A stretch of DNA of 64,000 nt from a virus (IMGVR_UViG_3300035492_000236), one strand, 5' to 3'. Shown: positions 47,775 to 57,166, counted from the stretch's first letter. Numbers and translations are program-made. Notes: generated from the letters alone by a model not told the origin.

Positions 47775-48182
47775 TTAGAAAGTTGCCAGCAGTCCCTCAA
47801 CGTCAGGCGTCAGGTCCCGTTCATTGGCCATGATCTCGAGCCGATAAATCACCTTACCATTATGTTCTGCTTCATACACGAAGCTGGCATTGACATCACC
47901 TTTGAGTCGGTCACGCTCGAACTGCAGGACGGCATTTTCGTGTGCCTTACACACCGCCACCGCCGCTGAATCGGCAATGGCCATGTTGTCCAACGGCACG
48001 ACGCTCACGTCATCGAGCAGTTCTGTCAGGCGATCGTAATAATCTTCCTCGCTCAGCGGGTACTGAGGTAGGTGGGTCAGATGCACACTCGCTTGCCAGC
48101 CGAGTTGGCCGGCAAGCTGGAAGTCGGCGACCGGGGAAGTGATTTTGATAATGACGACGGAGGGGTTATTGACGTTCAGCAT
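47775..48182 (-). CDS. Hypothetical protein
   Basis: 135-aa ORF. Confidence 0.55.
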   Translation of the reverse strand: MLNVNNPSVVIIKITSPVADFQLAGQLGWQASVHLTHLPQYPLSEEDYYDRLTELLDDVSVVPLDNMAIADSAAVAVCKAHENAVLQFERDRLKGDVNASFVYEAEHNGKVIYRLEIMANERDLTPDVEGLLATF

Positions 48183-48189
48183 GGTCTAG

Positions 48190-48306
48190 TTATCCCTGTA
48201 CGTTGGGTGTGATAATGAATTTGCTAAGCTGGGCGGAGTTGCTGTTTCCCACGATGAAGCTAACGTACCCGTGTAAACGATGGCTGTTTCTGCGGTACTC
48301 AAGCAC
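48190..48306 (-). CDS. Possible 38-aa ORF (or frameshifted tail of 48321-48929)
   Basis: GTG after aagg; the open frame fills the gap to the next gene. Confidence 0.25.
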   Translation of the reverse strand: MLEYRRNSHRLHGYVSFIVGNSNSAQLSKFIITPNVQG

Positions 48307-48320
48307 GGGCCCTTGCTTTG

Positions 48321-48929
48321 TTAATCGATGTTCATGCGATGATCATACTTGATAGCCGGGAGAGCGGCGTTCCAAACACCCGACGCGATGATGTAGCGAA
48401 GTTCTGCCGCCGTGATTTCACAACTACGGCCATCCACCAGCAAATGTACGCGGTTGGGCACACCACGTTCACGACCATCAAACTGATCAATCACCATCAC
48501 GGTTTTTCCTGCGATGTAATGAATAGACCCTACTTCAGGCAACGCTATAGTTTGTGCTTTCTTATAAGTCGCCATAATAGCGTTGGATGCTTCGATGGCA
48601 GTTTCTGTAGCCGTAGCGTGGGCGGCCGGCCTCATGTAAACGCGGCCGCGGATGCGCGTAAACTCACCATGCTGTTTAAGGTGTGGCTCGTCAGTAATAT
48701 CCACGTAGGTGTTGCGAACATAATCGACGAGTGCCTTAATGCCGACTTCAGCATATGCAGCGGCAACTTCCTCGGTAATGTCCAGCTCTACATCATCAAC
48801 CATATCCTCGGAAAAATAGCCACGGCGAGGAAGAATGTCTCTCTGCTCTTCAACTAGAATCAAGTTGAGTTCGCGGGCGGCATGGTAAAGTGCTTGATTG
48901 GTACGGTTGGTTACGGTAAGCTTATACAT
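48321..48929 (-). CDS. Hypothetical protein
   Basis: 202-aa ORF with SD aagga. Confidence 0.6.
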   Translation of the reverse strand: MYKLTVTNRTNQALYHAARELNLILVEEQRDILPRRGYFSEDMVDDVELDITEEVAAAYAEVGIKALVDYVRNTYVDITDEPHLKQHGEFTRIRGRVYMRPAAHATATETAIEASNAIMATYKKAQTIALPEVGSIHYIAGKTVMVIDQFDGRERGVPNRVHLLVDGRSCEITAAELRYIIASGVWNAALPAIKYDHRMNID

Positions 48930-48964
48930 GTCACTTTTCCTTTTTGTGTTGTTGGTTGTTATAC

Positions 48965-49432
48965 TTACAAGGCGTCGACCAGATCGATCAGACTCTTAGG
49001 ATCCACACTGATATCTTGGTGTACGTAAACCACTTCGTGGGAGTCCTTCGGCTCGTCCGTCACGTGTGTGCTAATGGTGGCGAAATAATGGATTGCGGAC
49101 TGCCCATGGCGACAATCGGGCATAGCGCCGTCAATATGCAGGCGGTGGCGCAGTTCATGGGCGTTGGTAGACGACTCAATCATCTGGCAGAACACAGCAT
49201 GCCAGCGGCCGAATTCCTGCACTGCCAGTTCCATACCGAACAGTTCCTGCGCGCTTACACCACGCACTTGCTCCAGTACGATGTCACGTATGTTGCTGAA
49301 CGGCTGCCAATCGCCAAACGTCAGCGTCAGCTCAATCCGGTCGTGAGTGGCGCCATTCATTGCAAAATCCACCAGGTCAGAAGCGATGGCCACTTTGACG
49401 ATAGTGCGCTGTGCGGTTTCGGAAGTAGTCAT
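48965..49432 (-). CDS. Hypothetical protein
   Basis: 155-aa ORF with ttggag. Confidence 0.6.
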   Translation of the reverse strand: MTTSETAQRTIVKVAIASDLVDFAMNGATHDRIELTLTFGDWQPFSNIRDIVLEQVRGVSAQELFGMELAVQEFGRWHAVFCQMIESSTNAHELRHRLHIDGAMPDCRHGQSAIHYFATISTHVTDEPKDSHEVVYVHQDISVDPKSLIDLVDAL

Positions 49433-49455
49433 AATCGAATCTCCAAATATTGTTA

Positions 49456-49914
49456 TTAGAACCAGACGTGCTGGTAGATGTTTGCGTGGTATTGGTTATG
49501 GTCATTTTGCCATAACTGTTTGACTAAGTGACACTGGTCGCTAGGGCGACTGAGGGTGAAGTGGGCATCTCCGTCTACCTCCGCTAGGATCTCAGTGTGA
49601 TAGAACATGTTCAAGTAAGGCTCGAACGCCCTCATCACTACACCTCCGCCAATGACGAAGATATCCGCTTGTTTAGCGGCCTCCACGACCGCTTGGATCT
49701 GGGCGTCGTAATCGCCCTTACTGCGACTGATAACCCACTCGGTGCGATTTGGGAGCGGTCCAGGCAGGGACGCCTTGGTGACGCTACCCATCACTATCGT
49801 GTGACCATCCGTCAGCGCTTTAAAGTAACGGAGGTCATCACGCATTCGCCAGGGCAATTTACCATTGTTGCCAATTACCCCATTGCGGTCCGTTGCCATT
49901 ACCCCGATCAGCAT
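49456..49914 (-). CDS. folA: Dihydrofolate reductase
   Basis: NGVIG.NGKLPW....D..YFK..T....IVMG..T..SLP.PLP.R...V.SR, IGGG, GDAHF motifs. Confidence 0.92.
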   Translation of the reverse strand: MLIGVMATDRNGVIGNNGKLPWRMRDDLRYFKALTDGHTIVMGSVTKASLPGPLPNRTEWVISRSKGDYDAQIQAVVEAAKQADIFVIGGGVVMRAFEPYLNMFYHTEILAEVDGDAHFTLSRPSDQCHLVKQLWQNDHNQYHANIYQHVWF

Positions 49915-50735
49915 GCGTTAAACTCCTCCGGCCAGCCACGGCGGATGGCGGCGGCAGACGTAGTCCGCACACTGCCGTACGCAGCCACCACAACCTTGCC
50001 ACCAGGACGGCTATAGCGCACACCATCTTCTTTGACGTCGTAGCTTTCGATGACGTCAATCACCCGACCTATGCCAAACGGGCCATACACGACATCACCA
50101 GGACACACTGAATCAAACGGGGTGGCGTCAGGACAAATGCTCAGTTCCGCCTGGGTCTTGGCAGCTTGCAGGAGGCGCCGGTAGGTCTCGGCTGACACAT
50201 GCAAGCTGACGTAGTTCCGACCAGAACTGAACGGGGTCTTCGGCTGGCCCCATTGATATTCTGTCATATGCAACTTGGCGAAGTCGTCTTCGTCCAGAGT
50301 GTGCACTTCTTCGCAGTTATCACACACCACATATGCCTTGAACGGCCCGATGTCAATCACGTCATCGTTCAGCTGACAGGTCAGGCTGTAGTTGAAAATG
50401 GACGGCTCCAGCTTAACCATTTCTTGGTCCAGGACGGTGCGGTAATCTATCTTCGCGGTGAGGTCGGCTAACTTAGCGTACGTCTCGGCCCCACATTCGA
50501 AGATCATCTCTTCGCCGAGCAGTTCATTGGCCGGCAAGCTATGGCCATTGCGCAATATTACCACCGCAACATCCATATCTTCGGAGTTGCGAACCTCTTT
50601 AACGGCGATCGTTTTGCCGCTGTTGCGCTTCGGTAGTGTGATATGAACCGGGATGATTTCATCAGCGATAGCGCGAGTGGCCACTTGCAGAGTGATGCTA
50701 TTTACGTCGGTTTTGTAAACGGGTTGTGCAGTCAT
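49908..50735 (-). CDS. Hypothetical protein with CxxC and a C-terminal KOW/SH3-like motif
   Basis: Start MTAQPV after ttggag; CDNC; PGDVV..PFG.G.V. Confidence 0.55.
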   Translation of the reverse strand: MTAQPVYKTDVNSITLQVATRAIADEIIPVHITLPKRNSGKTIAVKEVRNSEDMDVAVVILRNGHSLPANELLGEEMIFECGAETYAKLADLTAKIDYRTVLDQEMVKLEPSIFNYSLTCQLNDDVIDIGPFKAYVVCDNCEEVHTLDEDDFAKLHMTEYQWGQPKTPFSSGRNYVSLHVSAETYRRLLQAAKTQAELSICPDATPFDSVCPGDVVYGPFGIGRVIDVIESYDVKEDGVRYSRPGGKVVVAAYGSVRTTSAAAIRRGWPEEFNAC

Positions 50736-50781
50736 TGGGTTCTCCAAAATGAGGGAAGTGTCATTGAGTACGATGCGTATC

Positions 50782-51126
50782 TCACGTGGATGAAATATAC
50801 TTGAAAAGGTTTTGATTGTGGGGGGTGAGAGTGGGAATGTCAGCAACGCCTAATCGCAGCTCATACATGAAGGGGTGGCCAGGCACTGCTTTCAAATTAC
50901 TTGTACCTCGTTCTAACTCCAGGTGCCACCTGGCCTGGTTGTGGGTGACTCCATGGAGGTCGTTATCTCCGGCAAACAGCGTGGATAGATAGCCGTGAAT
51001 GTAAGTATTGAGATGGTTGACAGTCTCTTCATTGAGCACGTCACCGTCAAGCAGCTCTAGGGCTTGGAATAACGGCGTCTCTACCAGAACCTTCCACAGG
51101 TCCTGCTGGTTAGTGATTATCGACAT
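50782..51126 (-). CDS. Hypothetical protein
   Basis: 114-aa ORF with SD taggag. Confidence 0.55.
   Translation of the reverse strand: MSIITNQQDLWKVLVETPLFQALELLDGDVLNEETVNHLNTYIHGYLSTLFAGDNDLHGVTHNQARWHLELERGTSNLKAVPGHPFMYELRLGVADIPTLTPHNQNLFKYISST
50788..50802 (-). promoter_or_regulatory. Early-promoter-like motif AAGTATATTTCATCC
   Basis: Variant of the 15-bp motif about 50 nt upstream of 50735. Confidence 0.5.
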
Positions 51127-51268
51127 GCAATTAACTCCTATAACGGCTCCAAGATAATGCAGTCATCAATTATTTTCAACAGCAAGTCCAGTTATCACAT
51201 GGAGTCTGTCACCTCCACAAGACTTTCGTTACAATACTTATGTTGACAACCGTTGAAATGGAGCATGC

Positions 51269-53032
51269 ATGAACTACGTTGTGGAATTACATAAACCGTC
51301 CACGACTTTGGTTCGCGAACTTTTCAACTTTCACAATGGCTCAGACTTTACGGCGGAACAACTGTACGCAGATGGTCCACCACAGGTGCTGAGTGACGGA
51401 CTGTACAACACCAGTCAACGCATGATCGTGAATGACCCGGAACTGGGACCGATCTTGCCATGGGCAACGATCAAGTACAACCGGATCGATATCGCTACGT
51501 TATTTAGCGTGGTGGAGATCAAGTTACGTGAGGTGGACATCAAGGCTGATGGCACCTACGATCATGCCTTGGTGTTGGGTGAAATTGCCCGCAAGTACGG
51601 TCTGGATAACAGTGAAGGCAAGTTCGTTATCAAAGACGTGAATGGGCAAGAGTCACTGGTAGCGACGGCTGATAACCCGGCATTCGTTGGACACTCCCCC
51701 CTGGTGGTGGAGTTGTCGCTGGATAGTCGAATCAGTCTGAAGGTACTGAATGGCTTCTATGCCTTGTTGGGACCATTTGGTCCGGGCGGTACGGACATCA
51801 CCTTCGGGGATGCCGAGCTGGGGTTCATTAACACTGTCCCCAGTAATGAATTGGTGACCGGTACGCAGTTAGCCCATTTGGTGGGATTGACTGTCGGTAC
51901 ACCAATCTACGAGAATAACGACGTTAACTGGATCAAGTACACCTATAAAGGAAAGATCTGCTACGTTGCGCAAAAGCCCATTCGCCACTCTGTCAGTTAC
52001 AATGACCTGCTGGCAGTCGGTGTGGCTGGAGCTACTCCTAAGATCGTAGTGATCGGGGAAGATGTATTTCGTGTACGACTGATGCATGGTGTCGGGGACT
52101 CTGAATTGGGGTATAGCAGCCCAGGTACTGATAATCCAGCGACGCATGGCTCTGAATGGAACCAAGTGATGTATCGATTGAGTGCTGACACTGTCAGCAC
52201 TGCCTCGGAGCAGCCGTATGATCCTTGGCTTACCTTGAGCAATGGTGAATTGGGTACTGGTTACTGGTCACACATTGAAGGTTCGGTCGTTGGACATCCC
52301 TACCCAGCACTTTATCGAGGGTATGGGAGTATTGCTGGAAACTCCAGCAATACTCTAGCGTACAAGGCCACTACAGTAGCCTGGCGACCCGTCCTCGAGA
52401 TCGTCGACAAGTCGCTGATCTGGATGTCAGCTGAGATCACTCGAATTCGGTCTACGTTCCTGTATAAGCCTGGTGCTCTGACCACTCAATCGGAAGACCC
52501 CATCATCAACACCCTGATGGCTGCGTTTGATAACTACACCTACGTGGATGCGTTATTGAACCCGTACGGGACTGACAGTGTAGACCCTGAGCTGATGGTA
52601 GTGCCCTGCATACCAGAAGGTGAGTTCTGTGACAGCATCATCACGCCGACAGTCTTTGACTTGTCTAACGATGAGCCTACGCATGATCTCTACGTCATTG
52701 CGCCAGTTGCTGTAACGTACACTTACTACCAGCCCAGCATTGATCTGACCGTGTCTGAATCGGTGCCGTACATTCCTGGTGTCATCAGCTTGACTGAAGC
52801 CGACATCATCACACCTAGTACTTTTACTGGCACAGAAGTGTATGATCTGGATGCCATTTCACGCCCCTACAATCCGCTGATCAGTAGCTGGTTCTTCCTC
52901 CCAGTCGAGCTGGAGCTGTCGGCTGATGTAGAAGGCGAAATCACTCAAGTGAGTCAGCTGCTGTACGCCACCAGCGACTTCCTGCAACACCCCACTGAAC
53001 CTACTTACGTTTCTAATGAGGATACACCATGA
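51269..53032 (+). CDS. Putative virion protein: anchor domain, WRPVLE domain and acidic tail
   Basis: YNRIDIATLFSVVE.KLREVDIKADG shared with 44541; WIKY...GK..YVAQKPIR...WRPVLE domain shared with the next three genes; upstream TATG. Confidence 0.65.
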   Translation: MNYVVELHKPSTTLVRELFNFHNGSDFTAEQLYADGPPQVLSDGLYNTSQRMIVNDPELGPILPWATIKYNRIDIATLFSVVEIKLREVDIKADGTYDHALVLGEIARKYGLDNSEGKFVIKDVNGQESLVATADNPAFVGHSPLVVELSLDSRISLKVLNGFYALLGPFGPGGTDITFGDAELGFINTVPSNELVTGTQLAHLVGLTVGTPIYENNDVNWIKYTYKGKICYVAQKPIRHSVSYNDLLAVGVAGATPKIVVIGEDVFRVRLMHGVGDSELGYSSPGTDNPATHGSEWNQVMYRLSADTVSTASEQPYDPWLTLSNGELGTGYWSHIEGSVVGHPYPALYRGYGSIAGNSSNTLAYKATTVAWRPVLEIVDKSLIWMSAEITRIRSTFLYKPGALTTQSEDPIINTLMAAFDNYTYVDALLNPYGTDSVDPELMVVPCIPEGEFCDSIITPTVFDLSNDEPTHDLYVIAPVAVTYTYYQPSIDLTVSESVPYIPGVISLTEADIITPSTFTGTEVYDLDAISRPYNPLISSWFFLPVELELSADVEGEITQVSQLLYATSDFLQHPTEPTYVSNEDTP

Positions 53033-53997
53033 AAGTTACCGTAAAATGGACCAACCGTAACGCTGCGGCTGAAGGTCACCGCATCTATAAGTCCACCGCT
53101 CCGATCGACCCCGATAACCTGCCAGCGGTACTGACCACTGTCGGACCTGCGGTCACTGAATATGTCGATACCGACGTGGTGCGCGGCACCCGCTACTACT
53201 ACCGCGTCGGCACTTTCCAAGGTACCGACTTCGCGCTGTCTACCGAGATGGAAGTAGAGGCGGTACCTTACACTGGACCTGGTGTCGCTGAACCGGTCTA
53301 CGGTGACTACGAGAACGGCTTCTTCGGCATCCTCGAAGCCTACGAACTGGTCTCCGGCCCTGAACTGAAGAGCCTGATCAATCACACCCTGTCTGCTGGC
53401 GATCCCGCCCAGCGCTGGGTGAAGGTCGCACATAAAGGCAAGATCCTGTTTGTGCCGATGGATGTGAGCTTCGGCCGACACACCTGGCAGCAGATTTACC
53501 AAAACGGTCTAATCTACGGCGTTGATGGCAACGGCCCGGCAGAAGCGGTCACTGCCAACGGTGAAGTTGGCGTCAACCAGCTGAAGACCTTCAGCAAGTT
53601 TGGTAGCACCTTTAAGGTGCGTAGCCTGAAAGGCCTGCCCGATACTGGCGTGTTTGGCTGGGATGGGAATCGTGCTGAGCGCCCTGCCGGGTTGGAGCTG
53701 TCTGAGTATAATCAGGTGATGACCCGGATCGCGTACGGCCTGTATGGTGAGGGTATGGGCATCTCCATCGACGGCCTGACTCCGATCACTATGAGTACCA
53801 CCAGCTATGGCGACGCTGCCAGCATCTGTCAGGAGCTGCTGAATGGCAACGCCATCCAACGTTCTCTCCGTTGGAACAACCTGGACGTGATGGGCGCTGC
53901 CCACAGCATTCCAGTGTCTAGTGGTAGCACTGGTACCGGTCTGCCCGGAACCACCTACGCGCGCTGGAAGCCGGTTCTGGAACTCATCGACAACTAA
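53029..53997 (+). CDS. FN3/Ig-like domain plus WxPVLE domain protein (paralog 1)
   Basis: V.W......GH.IY.S...T.Y.D..V..G..YYYRVG FN3 signature. Confidence 0.7.
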   Translation: MKVTVKWTNRNAAAEGHRIYKSTAPIDPDNLPAVLTTVGPAVTEYVDTDVVRGTRYYYRVGTFQGTDFALSTEMEVEAVPYTGPGVAEPVYGDYENGFFGILEAYELVSGPELKSLINHTLSAGDPAQRWVKVAHKGKILFVPMDVSFGRHTWQQIYQNGLIYGVDGNGPAEAVTANGEVGVNQLKTFSKFGSTFKVRSLKGLPDTGVFGWDGNRAERPAGLELSEYNQVMTRIAYGLYGEGMGISIDGLTPITMSTTSYGDAASICQELLNGNAIQRSLRWNNLDVMGAAHSIPVSSGSTGTGLPGTTYARWKPVLELIDN

Positions 53998-54606
53998 GCA
54001 CTAACGAGGCACGTACATGAAAATCACTGTAACTTGGGTGAACCGTAACGCGAATGCTGACGGTCACCACATCTACCGTTCCACGACTCCGATCAGTGCC
54101 GATGCGTTGCCGACCCCTCTGGCTAGCGTGCCTGGTTCCGCCACCCAGTACGTTGACACCAACGTCAAACGGGGCGATAAGTTCTACTATCGAGTCGGTA
54201 CATACAAGGGGGCGGACTTCGCCCTCTCCACCGAGATGCAAGGCACGGCGCTGCCGCATTCTGGACCCGGTCCTGCTGAATTGCTGTATGGGGATTATGA
54301 AGCGGGCTACTTTGGCGTATTGGAGGCCCATGAACTGGTCTCTGGCCCTGAGCTGAAAAACTTGCTGGGACACCAGCTTAATGCCGGCGCCGCCGATCAA
54401 AAATGGGCCAAAGTGGCCCATAAAGGCAAGATCCTGTACATTCCACTCGGTAGTGGCTTTGGCTACCCGACCTGGCAACAGCTCTACCAAAACGGTTTGG
54501 TGTACGGTACGGATGATGATGGTCCCGCCGCCGCAGTCTCTCTGAATGGCGTTGGCGTCAACCAGCTGAAGACCTTCAGCAAGTTTGGTAGCACCTTTAA
54601 GGTGCG
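53566..54606 (+). repeat. 56-bp exact direct repeat (53566-53621 and 54551-54606)
   Basis: gttggcgtcaaccagctgaagaccttcagcaagtttggtagcacctttaaggtgcg in both paralogs; flanks differ. Confidence 0.85.
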
Positions 54607-54994
54607 CTGTTTGAAGGGTGCGCCAGATGACGGCATCTTCGGCTACGTCGGCCCTAATGGTGACTGGGCGCCAGTTGGCCTCGAGGATTCCGAGTTCAAC
54701 CACACCATTCTCCGGATGGCGTTCGGCATCTACGAAGGCAAACACGGGATTGTCATCCCTGGCGTTACTGCTGCTGATATCGGTGCGCCTAACTACCAGT
54801 ACGGTACAGTACGCTGTCAAGAGTTGCTGGAGGGCGGCAGATCACTGGTCCGCGGTTTTTATAACTACGTGGGCGGTAATTTCCCCAACTTCGGTGCGGC
54901 CACCACCACTGCGTTCAACTCTGGCGTTGCTGCTGCCCTTGGAGGCACCACGTATGCGATGTGGCGACCGGTCCTGGAACTGATGGACAACTAA
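54017..54994 (+). CDS. FN3/Ig-like domain plus WRPVLE domain protein (paralog 2)
   Basis: Colinear with 53029-53997. Confidence 0.7.
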   Translation: MKITVTWVNRNANADGHHIYRSTTPISADALPTPLASVPGSATQYVDTNVKRGDKFYYRVGTYKGADFALSTEMQGTALPHSGPGPAELLYGDYEAGYFGVLEAHELVSGPELKNLLGHQLNAGAADQKWAKVAHKGKILYIPLGSGFGYPTWQQLYQNGLVYGTDDDGPAAAVSLNGVGVNQLKTFSKFGSTFKVRCLKGAPDDGIFGYVGPNGDWAPVGLEDSEFNHTILRMAFGIYEGKHGIVIPGVTAADIGAPNYQYGTVRCQELLEGGRSLVRGFYNYVGGNFPNFGAATTTAFNSGVAAALGGTTYAMWRPVLELMDN

Positions 54995-55004
54995 GAGGTA
55001 ATAA

Positions 55005-56702
55005 ATGCGAATCACGATTAGTTGGGTGAATCGCAACGCGTTTGCTGAAGGGCATCGAGTGTATCGGTCAACTGCACCTATCGATACCAATGCCCTTCCT
55101 GCGCCGATTGCGACCCTGGCGGCTGCGGCCGCCACTTATCACGACACCACCGTGGTTCGCGGTGAGACGTACTACTACCGTATCGGTACCTATAAAGGTA
55201 GCGAAATGGTATTCACCGCGAACATGAAAGCCATTGCACTACCAAACACCGGACCTGGTCCAAAAGACCTCGTGGCGGGTGACTTCAATGCAGGCTACTT
55301 CGGCATTCTGGAAGCACATCAGTTAGTTAGTGGTCCCGAGCTGAAAACACTGCTCGGACACACCCTGACCGCCGGTGCCACCGGACAACGATGGGCCAAG
55401 GTAGCCCACCAGGGTAAGATCCTGTTCGTACCGATAGGATATCAGTTCGGCTTTCACACTTGGCAGCAGCTGTATGCGCAGGGCTTGGTGTACGGAACGG
55501 ACAGCGTCGGTCCTGCTGAAGCGGTTGCTGCTAACGGCGGCGTTGGCGTCAATCAGTTGAAGACGTTCAGTAAAGACAACTTTACCTATAAGGTTAGGCT
55601 GCTTAAGGGTCTGCCTGAAGGTCCGTACAGTTGGAACGGGTCAGAAACTGTGAACCCTGACTTCGGTGACTCTGAATTCAACCAAGTCATGCTCCGACTG
55701 GCATACGGTATTTATGGCAACGAAATGGTTGGTAACCTAACAGGACTAACGCCGAGTACATTGACCTACTCGCAAACCAACTACGCTGCAACGCTCTGTC
55801 AGGACATACACACTAATGGTAAGGCGGTAATCCGCGCCCTACGTCGATACAACTCCGGATACGCCGGAAGTAGTCTGTACTACTATTGGTACGATGACAT
55901 CATGGGTGGAGCTACTACGGTCGCCACTAATGCGAGTAGTGTCAATGCGTTCTCCCACACCGCTTATACCGTCTGGCGTCCCATCCTAGAGTTGGTCCCG
56001 CCAGAACCTGTGACCGAGCCTGAGCCGGAGACACCGCCAGCTGGATCTAACCCTGACGGGGCAGGTAGCACTGTACTGGCTGCCGGCGATGTGCAGCTCG
56101 GTTACTACGAGACCTTGGCAGTCGAAAGTCTGGTTTCAGGTACTGAGTTGGCCAGTCTGGTCGGACTTACCGCTGGTGATCCGATCGTGGCTAATGATGA
56201 TGTTAACTGGATCAAGTACTCATTCGAAGGCAAGACCCGCTACGTGGCCCAAAAGCCGATCCGTAACAACTTGTCTGCCGACGAGTTGATTGCCGCTGGG
56301 CTGACTGGTGATGTTGAGACCACCGTCATCATCGGTGACAGCACGTATCGTGTGACGCTGATGGAGGGTGCCAACCCGACATTGACCGAGTACACAGGTG
56401 CTGGCAACGATACTGAATCCACTCATAACTCTGAGTGGAACCAGGTGATGTACCGTCTGTATTCTGGTAGCGACACTATTGCGTCGGAAGAACCACTCAC
56501 TCCGTGGGCTGCGTTGACCAACGCCGACCTTGACACCAACTACTACTGCTTCACTCGTGGTAAGGTATTTGGTCGTCCGGCGAACACCATGATCGCTCGC
56601 GGTTACGGTACGGTTTCGCATATCGCCAGTCTGCTGAACGAATCCAAGGTGCCTGCCAACGCCTGGCGTCCGGTACTGGAACTGGTGGTTCCTGAAGCAT
56701 AG
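55005..56702 (+). CDS. FN3 domain plus two WRPxLE domains (paralog 3)
   Basis: FN3, domain copy 1, PEPVTEPEPETPP linker, then domain copy 2, which is closest to that of 51269. Confidence 0.7.
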   Translation: MRITISWVNRNAFAEGHRVYRSTAPIDTNALPAPIATLAAAAATYHDTTVVRGETYYYRIGTYKGSEMVFTANMKAIALPNTGPGPKDLVAGDFNAGYFGILEAHQLVSGPELKTLLGHTLTAGATGQRWAKVAHQGKILFVPIGYQFGFHTWQQLYAQGLVYGTDSVGPAEAVAANGGVGVNQLKTFSKDNFTYKVRLLKGLPEGPYSWNGSETVNPDFGDSEFNQVMLRLAYGIYGNEMVGNLTGLTPSTLTYSQTNYAATLCQDIHTNGKAVIRALRRYNSGYAGSSLYYYWYDDIMGGATTVATNASSVNAFSHTAYTVWRPILELVPPEPVTEPEPETPPAGSNPDGAGSTVLAAGDVQLGYYETLAVESLVSGTELASLVGLTAGDPIVANDDVNWIKYSFEGKTRYVAQKPIRNNLSADELIAAGLTGDVETTVIIGDSTYRVTLMEGANPTLTEYTGAGNDTESTHNSEWNQVMYRLYSGSDTIASEEPLTPWAALTNADLDTNYYCFTRGKVFGRPANTMIARGYGTVSHIASLLNESKVPANAWRPVLELVVPEA

Positions 56703-56723
56703 CGCAAAAAAAAAGCATAGTAC

Positions 56724-56751
56724 CAGGAGGGTGGCGCAAGCCACCCTCCTG
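56724..56751. terminator. Hairpin at a convergent junction
   Basis: caggagggtggc-GCAA-gccaccctcctg, 12-bp stem with a nearby A9 tract. Confidence 0.7.
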
Positions 56752-56763
56752 CTTATGTGCCTG

Positions 56764-56853
56764 TCACAGTTCGTCAGCAATGATCGCCTGAGCACCCACA
56801 ATGCCTTCATCCAGTTGCTGCGGTTGGTTCAGGTGATATTCATTCAGTTGCAT
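56764..56853 (-). CDS. Possible 29-aa acidic microprotein MQLNEYHLNQPQQLDEGIVGAQAIIADEL
   Basis: SD gaagga 7 nt before ATG; overlaps the upstream stop and ends just before the terminator. Confidence 0.45.
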   Translation of the reverse strand: MQLNEYHLNQPQQLDEGIVGAQAIIADEL

Positions 56854-57166
56854 GATTAGTTCCTTCTTGCGAGTTGGAGGTGTCGGCATGGTCCGGCACC
56901 AGCTTGGGTCCTTCAATGAGCCGGCTACTGGCATCAATGAAGTCGTAAATGTGGTCGGGCGACATTTCCTCTGTAGGTAATGTCAGATAAACGTCGTGGG
57001 CACTGCTCCCTTGTGACTCGCCACGGTACGTCAAATGTGGCCACTCACGTTTTTGCATGACGACGGACCCATCGCTCAGTTTGATAACAAGCAATTGAAT
57101 ACTGTCGTCATAATCGTCTTGACACACTTTGACGATCTGTCCTTTACCTACAGTACGTTCTGTCAT
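56840..57166 (-). CDS. Hypothetical protein
   Basis: Start MTERT after ttggagg. Confidence 0.55.
   Translation of the reverse strand: MTERTVGKGQIVKVCQDDYDDSIQLLVIKLSDGSVVMQKREWPHLTYRGESQGSSAHDVYLTLPTEEMSPDHIYDFIDASSRLIEGPKLVPDHADTSNSQEGTNHATE

Noticed and set aside
51269-56702. Diversity-generating retroelement acting on the WRPVLE domains
   Set aside because: No reverse transcriptase or non-coding template repeat in the window; differences between paralog 3' ends are not adenine-specific.
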